Origin: an uncultured virus (IMG/VR IMGVR_UViG_2684622675_000002)
Taxonomy: Duplodnaviria; Heunggongvirae; Uroviricota; Caudoviricetes
DNA length: 64,000 bases
IMG/VR virus record: IMGVR_UViG_2684622675_000002
Span: 1-64,000 of that record
Reading direction: 5' to 3' (one strand)
A program made the position numbers and the translations under genes. Under the pieces are notes generated by a model. It saw only the letters and a program-made list of their open reading frames with translations, searched no databases and was not told the DNA's origin. Position 1 is the stretch's first letter. Every line of letters starts with the position of its first letter. Shown here one piece after another: positions 39,819 to 49,445 of this stretch.

Positions 39819-40339
39819 TGAAAACTTTACAGCATTATAAAAACTTCACCATTGCGGCGCAGGAATACGATCCAGAGTTAGGCGGTGTGGTGATTTATCA
39901 CGTTGATGAAGAGGGGCGAGATTGGTACGAATTGCAACAGACATTCCGTGATGAAACAACCAAAATCGGCTATAACAATGAGGGGTTGGTTTGTACTGTA
40001 TCAGAACATGTTTATGCGCTCTGTCCGACTGGATTGTCAATTGCTGAGGTTGAATCATTACCAGATAATTTTGTCTTGGAGTACGGTGCTTATGAATACT
40101 TTAATGGCGAGGTCATCCCCCATATCCCATCGAGTGATACGATTGCAATCGCATCAGATGAACGCCGCAGACAACTGATGAGTGATATATCAGTTGAATT
40201 ATCAACATTGCAAGATGCAGCTGACCGCAATGATGTTACAGCAGTAGAACTGAGCCGACTGACAGCATTGAAAGAATACCGTCTTGCGTTATACCGACTT
40301 GATGTCAACCAGCCTTGGCCAATCCCGCCGCTGAAGTAA
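39818..40339 (+). CDS. Tail fibre assembly chaperone
   Basis: G.DWYE; LQDA; YR..L.R.D...WP..P. Confidence 0.85.
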   Translation: MKTLQHYKNFTIAAQEYDPELGGVVIYHVDEEGRDWYELQQTFRDETTKIGYNNEGLVCTVSEHVYALCPTGLSIAEVESLPDNFVLEYGAYEYFNGEVIPHIPSSDTIAIASDERRRQLMSDISVELSTLQDAADRNDVTAVELSRLTALKEYRLALYRLDVNQPWPIPPLK

Positions 40340-40688
40340 ATCTAATTGTGGGGCTAACAAAGAATAATTTAATATTTGTTAGCCACAGGCTTTATTTGTG
40401 GGACTCTTAGTGTTCAACGCTGTTGGTATAGGGATAACCCAAACTAAACGGGTGACTCAGTGGAGTAAAATCAGTAATCGACGCCTATTGTAGTGAGTCA
40501 TACCTAATCAGGCCTGACAGTCCGCTAAGTGCCAGGAGCGGGCATTGGGAATATCGCTTTTTCATCACTAGACAAGCAGAAGTTCCAATCTTGACAATTA
40601 ATATTGCCATTTAGCTAAAGAAAAATCATCCAGTGCCGATATAGGATATCAATCCCTAGATTGATAATATCCTTTAAAAGGAGATAAA

Positions 40689-41477
40689 ATGGCTTTATTT
40701 GACCATCAACTCAGGTATAGACTTGAAAATTTAATTGACGTGGCTGATAAGGAAATTAGGCAGGATTTTTACAATGGCTATATTGTTGACGAGAATGATT
40801 ACACTTCAAATTTAACTTCACATATTAGAAAAATAATTAATGTTGCATTACCTTTAAGAGTTTATACATTCTCTCAAAAACTTCCGCCAACTCAAGAGCG
40901 TTACTGGGGTGCAGATGCTATGGTTGTGTTAATAGACCATAATTTAAATCTCGGTAAGATTGCTTTTTTTGAAGCAAAGACGGATCGCCCAAACTGGGAT
41001 TACTTTCAGAAATCCTCCTCAATGTCCCATTTTTCAACGCAACTTGATAAGCAAACCCGTGCTATAAATTTCAAATATGCTGTTTGGGAGCAATTTTATA
41101 CAAAAAAAGACATAAATGCGCCACATCAAGGATATAGAAATCAAGAAGGTTCAAGCTGTATAATTCATGAGCTAGCTTACAATTTACATGCACCACTACC
41201 AAGCGCTACAATCTGGACTGATTCTGATGTAGATTATTTGTGTAAAACGCAAACAGAATCTAATCTACCAATCACGATGGGAGGTATGATTCGTATCATA
41301 TGCGAATGCCATTATGGTTCCCCTTATCCAATCAGCGACATAATCAATTTCCTCAGTGAAAAGCTGAATGTTAATGACATATTGATAATTGAAGGTGGCC
41401 ATTTTCCCAACAGTGAAAATGAAGAGAACCCTATAAGTACTATCCTAGAGAAAATAGTGCAGGTTAATTGCGACTAA
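40689..41477 (+). CDS. PD-(D/E)XK nuclease-like protein
   Basis: ENDYT...ERYWGAD...FEAK motif order; low GC. Confidence 0.65.
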   Translation: MALFDHQLRYRLENLIDVADKEIRQDFYNGYIVDENDYTSNLTSHIRKIINVALPLRVYTFSQKLPPTQERYWGADAMVVLIDHNLNLGKIAFFEAKTDRPNWDYFQKSSSMSHFSTQLDKQTRAINFKYAVWEQFYTKKDINAPHQGYRNQEGSSCIIHELAYNLHAPLPSATIWTDSDVDYLCKTQTESNLPITMGGMIRIICECHYGSPYPISDIINFLSEKLNVNDILIIEGGHFPNSENEENPISTILEKIVQVNCD

Positions 41478-41906
41478 CATAGGTTTTCATTTTATATCTA
41501 TGGTATGCAGAAGCGTCCGCTCCGTGCTAATTGCGGGCAAATGGCGCTTAGGCTACAAACATAGTTCTTATATTGATCAAATAGATTAGTTGCATCTACT
41601 AATTAGAGTGATTACGAGTGGTTTAAGCCTTATGCCAAGAGAATAGGTCCGCTCTTCGCTCACAGCGGCCCCTCAACTCTGTTAGCTCGTCCGCTTCGTG
41701 CCAGAAGCGGAAGTTGCTAACATGAATGTGTCAATCAGAAGAGGGCAGGTCAAACCATTGTTGATTGTTTTAAAGCTAAATATAGAAGGGAGATTGACAT
41801 CAGGCATATGCAACCTCTTATGTATTGTTTATCGAAAATGAGCGATCAATAATATTATATTGACTTAGAATCTACCAACTGTGGTATGTTGATTAAGCAT
41901 AATTAA

Positions 41907-42866
41907 ATGGTACTATCTTTAAAAAACAGGTCAAATGGAGATAGTTTTAAGATGAATGATGCAAAAAAAAACAGGGTAGATTTAAACAATAATTGGCCAA
42001 AGGAGTTGCTATTCCCAAGCGAAGTACTATTAAAGCAAAAGATGAGTGAAAATGATCTTTGCCAAATATTTTCACCAGCTCAATTAAAACATACCAATAA
42101 TACAGAGTTCCATAATCTTCTTAGGCACTACCTTGAGTGTTTAAATCAGTTGCCTTTAAGACCAGATATCGCTTTTGATTGTATTTGGAAAGCATTGGAT
42201 GCAGAGTTTTTCAGGCTTAAAAATATATCCGGCTCTCGCAATGGTAGGTTCAGTGTCTTTTATAATCATATCAGCAAAAGTCCTGATACCTGCAACAGTT
42301 ATGCTTCACTAACTGATATAATTCCGTTGCAAACGTGCGAATTTGTTGCTAAGAGGATATTTGAAAATAATATTTCGTATAAATCTAATCCTAGTGATAA
42401 CAATGTCAAAAGTTTTAGAAATAGAGTGATTGGTAGTTTAACTGAATCGGTCTACACTGACCTGCTCAATAAGTATGAGCCTGACTGGGTATCTGATAAA
42501 GCAACAACGCAACGTAATGTAGGAAGATTACTTCAACGACTTTTGAAGGGTGATGAACTAAGTATTGTAAATGAGAAGTATCAACTTACTACTGAAAATA
42601 GAGCCCTCTTCTTAACTGCGGTCACGATGCCTCAGTTCCGCAATGAACGTTTTCATGGGGAATCTAACCCTCCGTTTAGAAGTAGTTCGGCAAAACTTAA
42701 AACATATGCCCATGCATATTATATTTTCCATGTTGCATACATTCATTTACTTGAAGTCTTCCTTTATCGGGGTTTCAATGTAATTGACATTGCTACCACG
42801 CAAAAAGCTATCGACGAAAATAAAGAGTTATTCTTAAGAATATTTAGTAATGTTATCAATAAATAA
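41907..42866 (+). CDS. HEPN-like protein
   Basis: RNERFHG (RxxxxH) and AFDCIWKALD helix. Confidence 0.65.
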   Translation: MVLSLKNRSNGDSFKMNDAKKNRVDLNNNWPKELLFPSEVLLKQKMSENDLCQIFSPAQLKHTNNTEFHNLLRHYLECLNQLPLRPDIAFDCIWKALDAEFFRLKNISGSRNGRFSVFYNHISKSPDTCNSYASLTDIIPLQTCEFVAKRIFENNISYKSNPSDNNVKSFRNRVIGSLTESVYTDLLNKYEPDWVSDKATTQRNVGRLLQRLLKGDELSIVNEKYQLTTENRALFLTAVTMPQFRNERFHGESNPPFRSSSAKLKTYAHAYYIFHVAYIHLLEVFLYRGFNVIDIATTQKAIDENKELFLRIFSNVINK

Positions 42867-42890
42867 TGAACTTACAGTTGTATTCTTAGT

Positions 42891-42925
42891 GTGTAAGTGT
42901 AAGTGTAAGTGTAAGTGTAAGTGTA
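42891..42925 (+). repeat. Hexanucleotide tandem repeat (GTGTAA) x ~5.8
   Basis: Direct reading. Confidence 0.9.
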
Positions 42926-43124
42926 TGTATTTAGTTTTGCTAATATGTGTTTTAGTTTGTTTAGAATTTGCAGATTAAAAGGAACACCCTTTTTCACTCA
43001 GCTCTGAAATAAGTCCTTTCGTGGCTGCTCGTTTCTGATACGAAGCGGGCAGCCAGGATTTTTTGTTTATATTTTAGTGTATTCCAGGTTTAAGGTCGTG
43101 TTAATAACATTCCTAATGTTGCTA

Positions 43125-44039
43125 TTAAATTTTCGGCAATTCAATTTTTATTTTCTCCGAGACCATACGAGGACCGTTATCAATTATATATAAAATCGAA
43201 TTGGTAATACTATGCTTTAACTCTATCATTTCTTTTACGTCAATTTCAAATTTTGCAATGTACATTATTGAGGCGAATGTGTGGTAATCTAAAGCAGTAA
43301 GAGCCATATATAGAGAAAAATTGTATTGCTCAATCCATTGAGCTTCTTCCATTCCGCTTACATTTGCTGTAATTCTAGCCATTAATTTATTTAGAGAGTC
43401 TTCCGCGTCATTATGTGCCTGAGAACATAAGGCTGCATAAATGGTTCTATATCCTACTTCTTGTCCTATTTCTTTGAAACGTTCAAAAATACTGGGCCAT
43501 TTTAAACTAACTATATCGAAATCAATGTTGCTTAATGCAAATGATGTTTTTAGTGCATATTCATAATGATCTAAAGTGTGATCTTTATCAGAAATTTTCT
43601 GTAGATGATCAGCTTTAGCCTCCTCAGAATATGTAGAATCTTCAATACTGCGCCTCCAGTTTTGATTCTGTTTGCGTTCAGTTTCTAAGTGATTTTTGAA
43701 GTAGGAAATTTGCTTGGTCATTGAATCACCGAGACTTATGTAGTGTAAATTAACACTACCCTCTATCGCTGTTCTGCAAAGGGCTTCACATGATGGAATT
43801 TGACCAATCAAAAAAGCACCAAATACCCCACAACAATATTCATAATTTCTTCTATACATATCATGCATTGATGGCCAATGAACTTCGTTGACAAGTTTTT
43901 CTTCGTTTTCTCGACAAGAACACTCAATGATTTTATTTAGTTTTTCGAGATAATATAACCCATCGTGCAAAGGTTCATTTAACTCCATGCTTTCTGAAAT
44001 GGCCCTTTTTCTTATGAATTCTTTGACGAGAATGTGCAT
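43125..44039 (-). CDS. DUF5677-like helical protein
   Basis: LCRTAIE and Y..LCSQAH motifs. Confidence 0.7.
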   Translation of the reverse strand: MHILVKEFIRKRAISESMELNEPLHDGLYYLEKLNKIIECSCRENEEKLVNEVHWPSMHDMYRRNYEYCCGVFGAFLIGQIPSCEALCRTAIEGSVNLHYISLGDSMTKQISYFKNHLETERKQNQNWRRSIEDSTYSEEAKADHLQKISDKDHTLDHYEYALKTSFALSNIDFDIVSLKWPSIFERFKEIGQEVGYRTIYAALCSQAHNDAEDSLNKLMARITANVSGMEEAQWIEQYNFSLYMALTALDYHTFASIMYIAKFEIDVKEMIELKHSITNSILYIIDNGPRMVSEKIKIELPKI

Positions 44040-44536
44040 TATTACCTCGAGTTTGAAATATTAATTAACCGGTGAATTTAATGGTTAATGGAGATTATAA
44101 TAATTAATGTATTACTTTTTTCCGGTAAATGCAATAATTGGGAGCCCCCCTTTTTTAATTTATGAATTTTTCTGTCAGAGTTTATAGGTTCTTTTTTTTG
44201 AAGATCGTTGTCTTATTTTTCGTGATGAAAATCACTAAAGGATAAATGGTTTTTCTAGTGATTAATATGATCATTTCATATAATCTCGATACCTCCGTAT
44301 CGTTTAGCATATTGATGTTCATACCACCGAATATTTTTGATGACCCTATATATGCATAGCTTCGAATTGTCTTGATACCATTGAGTGGATTGCTCTCTCT
44401 ATTAATGGCTAAGTTCAACTTCCGCTTCTCACAACTCGTAGCAGCCCTGGTTGATACCGTGGGCTGCTTGGTGCCAAAAGAGTAGTTGTTTAACTTGCTT
44501 CGACCTAAAGCCTATCTTATACATAAAGGCTATAAC

Positions 44537-45403
44537 TTACGCATTCTGCATCCGAATTGCGGCCTCAATTTTCTTGTGCAGCGGAATATGGGACGTATTG
44601 TATTTATCAGCGGAATAATTGTGTAAATCAGGACATGATAGCATATTAAGAACCTTAAATATAAACATGCTAGTATTTACCGAGGACATCAGGATGTATT
44701 CAATACATTCCTTATAACGTCCACACAAACTTAGTATAAATGTTATATCATCCGGTCTCTGGATCTTGTAATTTTTCTCTTCAAAGCCGACCAACCACGC
44801 AGTAGACTGGTGAGCAGGGTGTACTACTTGACAAAGTTCAGCATATAGACTTTTGAGGGGAAGAGCCTCGCTATCTAACTGAGCAATATAATCGCTGGCT
44901 GTTTTTGCTTTGTGACTCTTAGGTGCATCTTCATTCTTCATTAACTTACGTGCATAAGCGAAATGAATCAAGCTATCTTCCAACTCTTCGCTTACTACTC
45001 GCTTCTGTGTTGGACGACGTAGAAGCGCGTCTTCAATATGGCTAAATATCTGCGCAATAGTGAGAGGCACCGAGCCTAAGGCATCGTATGTATCGGTCGC
45101 ACACTCAAGGATACCTCTAAGGCCAGAACAAAAAGCAATGTAATTTGGCTTGACAATCGAACTGTTACAGCAAAGTTCGTACCATTTATCATGCCTGATG
45201 AGATTGGAGGTCGCAGCCCAATGTGAGCGATACAATATCTCAATCCAATACACATAGTTTGAATCAATTTTGTTCAATAACTTAAAATCATCAAAGGTTA
45301 AAAACTGATAATTTTTATTATATGAAGCCTTAAGTAGCTCTTTAATTATTGTAGGATATATGTCCCCAGACACTCCAAAAATATCTTTCGCCGAAGCTTT
45401 CAC
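44537..45403 (-). CDS. DUF5677/HEPN-like helical protein
   Basis: LRGILE and YAELCQVVHP motifs. Confidence 0.6.
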   Translation of the reverse strand: MKASAKDIFGVSGDIYPTIIKELLKASYNKNYQFLTFDDFKLLNKIDSNYVYWIEILYRSHWAATSNLIRHDKWYELCCNSSIVKPNYIAFCSGLRGILECATDTYDALGSVPLTIAQIFSHIEDALLRRPTQKRVVSEELEDSLIHFAYARKLMKNEDAPKSHKAKTASDYIAQLDSEALPLKSLYAELCQVVHPAHQSTAWLVGFEEKNYKIQRPDDITFILSLCGRYKECIEYILMSSVNTSMFIFKVLNMLSCPDLHNYSADKYNTSHIPLHKKIEAAIRMQNA

Positions 45404-45761
45404 AGCAACTCCTCTTTTTCTAATTTAGTTGAGTAGTAATTTGGCACCTAATATTATGTCAATGAACTCAATAATACTACTTTCCCAATTTTTTGCATTA
45501 TTGATCACCAATACCTTTCTATACTAATTTTCCGAGAAACTCGTGGGCATAGCCACGGACCGGTTCCCTGTAGATCGACACGTGTCAATGTTAGTCATGC
45601 CTTCATTACCTTTGCGATAACTTCCGCTCCTCGCTCACAACGGACTGTTGAACCTTACATGCGGACAATTCGGGCCAAAAGAGGACATCATTGGCTTGAA
45701 AATTGGGGCCGGTCAGATGAATACTTTCAAGACATTAAAAACAAGTAGCCCAAGAACATTT

Positions 45762-46154
45762 TTAACTGCAGCAGTTCTTTATTGATAGGTATGCACGATA
45801 TAAGAAACCGAATTCCTTTATACGAATTAGAGACTCAATTATGATTTTTCGACACAAAGTAAACTTATTACACTCAACTAATATCTTATCTATTGATATA
45901 GCAACGATTTGTGAATTCTCTCTTAATTTTACGGGTGTAATAAGACTATAAGTCATAACCGGAAACATTTTCTGCGGTGTGTTATAAAACGTACCAACAG
46001 GATGGGTTGGTATAATTTTATACGGCATTTCAATTTTATATGCCCATCGGCGATACTGTCCCATATGAAGCTCTGCAATAATAGGGGATACATGTGTAGG
46101 GAAAACTGTAAGTTTGAAATCTTCATAAGCACCAACGACATAAAATTTTGACAT
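45762..46154 (-). CDS. Hypothetical protein, third gene of SLATT operon
   Basis: TAATG coupling to upstream gene. Confidence 0.6.
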   Translation of the reverse strand: MSKFYVVGAYEDFKLTVFPTHVSPIIAELHMGQYRRWAYKIEMPYKIIPTHPVGTFYNTPQKMFPVMTYSLITPVKLRENSQIVAISIDKILVECNKFTLCRKIIIESLIRIKEFGFLYRAYLSIKNCCS

Positions 46155-46786
46155 TAAAAATTTCTCCCTTCCATACCATACTTTGGGTTATATGTGAAAA
46201 TTTTATTCTTTAATTTATGGTTTAACCTTCTTATTGTAGGGTTAGATGCATATGTATTTGGTATAAATATGTTATTGATATGTTTTTCCGTAAGAATGTA
46301 TCCTGCATCCAAGCAAAACTCAAAAAGCCATGCATGTGGGTTATTCTCAGCGTACATGAAATCTATTACTGTTGTGGAAAAATATTTCTCAAGGATAGGC
46401 TTTGAGAAAATACAAGCGCTGTGATTATTTATGTTTTGGAGATAAATACTTGGCAAGTTGAATAAATCTGATGTTAACGCATAAAATTTATTATAATCAC
46501 AATTTATCATTTGTAGGAAAGTATCGTTGTCAATGCTTGCTTTGAGAAAACCAAATTTGATACTTCCCGTGTCGACAGGACTTCCTGCTTTAAAAAAATA
46601 TTGGTTATCTGTCAAAAATGATATATTCATACTTATGACGATGGAGCCTCTAAGAAGAGGTGGATTCTCAATTGGCGAGCCAATATTGAAATAGTCAGCT
46701 TTTTTACTACCATTACCTGCCGTGAAAATGATGTTTTCAATAATATGAAGTTTATTTAGTGTAAGTACCTTGGTGAAAGTTTTCAT
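46154..46786 (-). CDS. Hypothetical protein, second gene of SLATT operon
   Basis: ATGA overlap with SLATT gene; 210 aa. Confidence 0.7.
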   Translation of the reverse strand: MKTFTKVLTLNKLHIIENIIFTAGNGSKKADYFNIGSPIENPPLLRGSIVISMNISFLTDNQYFFKAGSPVDTGSIKFGFLKASIDNDTFLQMINCDYNKFYALTSDLFNLPSIYLQNINNHSACIFSKPILEKYFSTTVIDFMYAENNPHAWLFEFCLDAGYILTEKHINNIFIPNTYASNPTIRRLNHKLKNKIFTYNPKYGMEGRNF

Positions 46787-47280
46787 GCGTCTTTGGCTTT
46801 ACTCTTATAAATATGTTCTCGCCACTTATTATTTGCGCAGTTTAAAATGTTCTGATACTCATTTTGATATTCCTGAACTCTATCAAGTGTTATTTCTCTA
46901 GTTTCATCATCCTCCTCCATCCTTTTATCCATCGTAATTAAATGCCTTAGTTCGTAAAGGTCACAAATTGTGGAGATATTCATTGCCATTCTTTCTTGAT
47001 ACATATATTTGCTAAGAATTTGCCCTGCAAGGTTCGCTAAACAACTAGCTACAAGAGCTACGATAGTAATCCAGAAGAAAGAAAATTTGGTGTTTACTGC
47101 TATCAATATAGTAGTAAGTCCACTCAAAAGCACTTGCCCAAATGAATAGAATTTACTATTCTCCTGATTATATTTACGCTTTGCATTAAATTCTTTTATT
47201 CGAGCATCGATCTCTGATTCCAGTCTGTTTAAGCTCTTTAACTTATGCTCTGTACTCATAAAAAACCACTTTTTGAACAT
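46783..47280 (-). CDS. SLATT/DUF4231-like 2-TM protein
   Basis: Two TM helices followed by a helical tail ending IL...N..W. Confidence 0.7.
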   Translation of the reverse strand: MFKKWFFMSTEHKLKSLNRLESEIDARIKEFNAKRKYNQENSKFYSFGQVLLSGLTTILIAVNTKFSFFWITIVALVASCLANLAGQILSKYMYQERMAMNISTICDLYELRHLITMDKRMEEDDETREITLDRVQEYQNEYQNILNCANNKWREHIYKSKAKDA

Positions 47281-47825
47281 GCTTGGAGTGAATACTTTAT
47301 CATACTGATATCACTAAAAATAGATATGGTACCAAGCAATGAATCGACACTATTTTAGCAGCCATTCTTTTCGTTGGTTACACTACCTTTTGGCCATTGA
47401 TAGCCACAGATAATTTCCGCTCTTCGCTGACTATCAAAATTATTAGTGCCTTGCTACAGAGCACAATCAGATCTGGTGACAACTAATGCAAATCATCAGT
47501 ACTTTCCCAAGTTTCCTGAAAATTTCTTCGTTCGCTTTCTTATTCTCACTAGCTCTGTCTAGTACGGTTGAGCCCATAGGGAGCCTCAAATTAGTAATAC
47601 TAAGTTATTTAAAAATTATATGAAGGCAGCTATGTATACAGAAGAATAAGATACCTTGTATAAGGAAATGTGTAGCGTGATACCTGATGCGCTCAGAACT
47701 GCGCTAGGGGGGAAGCACGAAAGTTCGGGATTGATGAGAACTGCAATGGAGTTGCCAATAAAATTACTAGAGCAATAGAAATGTCAAACCCATTAAGGTC
47801 TAGGTTTGACATTTGTTATTACTGA

Positions 47826-47975
47826 TTAAGCAACTTTCTTTTCAGAGCAGTTGCAGAGAGGGATAGGGAAAGGTCGCCCTTTTTTTGCGATTCGCACTAC
47901 GCCATCAACACAAGTTGAATAGCGAAAAATGATTTCGCAAGTATTACCACATTTACGACAAGTACCAGTCGCCAT
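47826..47975 (-). CDS. Small Cys-rich peptide (49 aa)
   Basis: MATGTCRKCGNTC...LCNC; RBS AGGA; downstream hairpin at ~47780-47813. Confidence 0.55.
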   Translation of the reverse strand: MATGTCRKCGNTCEIIFRYSTCVDGVVRIAKKGRPFPIPLCNCSEKKVA

Positions 47976-47985
47976 GAGGTGCATC

Positions 47986-48018
47986 CTGTTGTTATACACA
48001 GCCTGTAAACCCATACAG
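47986..48018. promoter_or_regulatory. Two tandem LexA-type boxes
   Basis: CTGTTGTTATACACAG (47986-48001) and CTGTAAACCCATACAG (48003-48018). Confidence 0.65.
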
Positions 48019-48147
48019 ATTGCGTTTTGCCAGGAGAACCGCTATCCTAAGTTTGTAAATATATAGGTGTAGCGATGGGGTTGTCTCCATAGTTACCGGA
48101 ATGTGTTAGCGCACTTCCCGCCCGAAAGCCCTGTTAGCGCAGGGCTT

Positions 48148-48639
48148 TTACATATAAAAATCAAACGTTAATTGTGCCATAGAATAGCCCATTCTTTCCA
48201 AGACAACCTCCGCAAAAGTATCTGCTTGCCATTCTGCATCTTCTATTTGGAGAGGGTGAGTATTGGAAAAATGAAGCACTGGCTTGTGGCCTAATAACAA
48301 ATGTCCTAATTCATGCATCATTATTGATAGCGCACTTCTTTCACCCATGCTGGCCATCTCATAAATTCGCTTGGGGACAGTTATAGTTAAGGTGCTGGGG
48401 TCACAGTGACCTATGGTTAAATCGAGAGTAATCTTCTCCCATGCTCTGTCCTCCATGACATCGAGTGTTATGCCATAGTAGGCAAGCATTTCAAAAACAT
48501 CATCATAGCGCTTCTTCTTTTTACGCCTCGGTGTTAACCCAAACTCGTTGCAGAAGTTAATGGCTTTATTCGTAATTTCATCTACTTTCATAGGAGATAC
48601 CCTGTTTCCCCTCATTTGATATGTAGCGCTTTGATCCAT
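48148..48639 (-). CDS. ImmA/IrrE family metallopeptidase
   Basis: HELGH (HExxH) and EWQADTFA. Confidence 0.88.
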   Translation of the reverse strand: MDQSATYQMRGNRVSPMKVDEITNKAINFCNEFGLTPRRKKKKRYDDVFEMLAYYGITLDVMEDRAWEKITLDLTIGHCDPSTLTITVPKRIYEMASMGERSALSIMMHELGHLLLGHKPVLHFSNTHPLQIEDAEWQADTFAEVVLERMGYSMAQLTFDFYM

Positions 48640-48647
48640 GGTATCCC

Positions 48648-48998
48648 TTATCGGTTCATTTTTTCTAAAAGCTCAGCAAATTTCTTCAACTGTTGAGGTG
48701 TCCACGGGGACTTGGCAAATCCAGCAACAAGCATTTTCTGCTGCTGGGATAGACCATCTAATGGAACTGATTCATTGGAGACGTCAGCTAATTCTTGTAG
48801 ATTACTAATTTCATAACCTTTTGCTTCAAAGAAACTCTGGATGTTTTTCACCCATTTTCTTGGGATTTTTTTACTGCCGGTTTCTAGTCCGCTCAAGAAC
48901 GCAGATGATGCCCCTAACTCTTCAGCCATGGTTAGTAACGTATGTCCTGTTTCAATCCTCGCTATCCTTACGGCTTTGCCGAATTCAGTGAGTGCCAT
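48648..48998 (-). CDS. XRE-family HTH regulator
   Basis: FGKAVR.AR...MAEELG.S.AFLSGLETG. Confidence 0.88.
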   Translation of the reverse strand: MALTEFGKAVRIARIETGHTLLTMAEELGASSAFLSGLETGSKKIPRKWVKNIQSFFEAKGYEISNLQELADVSNESVPLDGLSQQQKMLVAGFAKSPWTPQQLKKFAELLEKMNR

Positions 48999-49346
48999 GT
49001 TTGTTTCCTCAGTATGTGGTTCGGGAGGGTTAGGATTTTAATTATGATTAATATAGCTGGGAAATGTTAGTTAGTAAACCGTTTTGGTTAATTTTTCACT
49101 TTAAATAGTGAAACTCCTGAACAAGTAGTTCATTCCATGAAACTTGCTTATAAGCTAGTTAGCTATGGTTAAATTGGTGATCGGGTATCATATATTTGGC
49201 TTACGAAGTTTTTACGAATGGTTCCGAATTAATTGATAACTATATGAATCTAAAAGATGTAATGAAAAGTAAACTAAGGTGTTTTACTGAGGGTTTAATA
49301 GATAACAAATTGATTTGAAAGGGAATTATTGATTTTAATCTGAAAG

Positions 49347-49372
49347 AGGAATCGTATTCGGTCTTTTTTTAA
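49347..49372 (+). repeat. att core (right end of prophage)
   Basis: Identical to 591-616. Confidence 0.9.
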
Positions 49373-49445
49373 TGCTTTGATTTATATGGTTTTTTCTCTC
49401 TTCGTCCGAAAATGTCCGAAATCTCCCCGAAATCCTATATCCGGC

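Larger units (their letters stand above)
40520..47428. repeat. Dispersed family of 24-bp palindromic junction elements (10 copies, several degenerate)
   Basis: KTCCGCT-N10-AGCGG at 40520, 41515, 41647, 41689, 43027 (minus), 44420, 44462, 45622, 45663 and 47415 (partial). Confidence 0.72.
591..49372. mobile_element. Apparently complete temperate prophage (lambdoid early region, contractile tail), ~48.8 kb, integrated in sdsR
   Basis: Identical 26-bp direct repeats at both ends; full int-to-tail-fibre gene order with no obvious disruption of core genes. Confidence 0.9.

Noticed and set aside
19546..40339. Many short antisense or alternate-frame ORFs over structural genes
   Set aside because: Shadow ORFs of well-supported genes, with no motifs or RBS
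38850..40500. Tail fibre shufflon or diversity-generating retroelement
   Set aside because: No invertase, reverse transcriptase or duplicated fibre C-terminus seen
41713..41752. IS3-family terminal repeat-like tail next to a palindrome doublet
   Set aside because: Resemblance is from memory only and no transposase is present, so not called an IS; an ISfinder search would settle it
44182..44418. 78-aa minus-strand ORF
   Set aside because: TTG start inside a junction element, no clear RBS or motif; likely a fragment or spurious
40520..47428. CRISPR array or classical integron as explanation of the palindromes
   Set aside because: Copies are gene-sized distances apart and degenerate; no cas or intI gene, and no attC RYYYAAC...GTTRRRY structure seen
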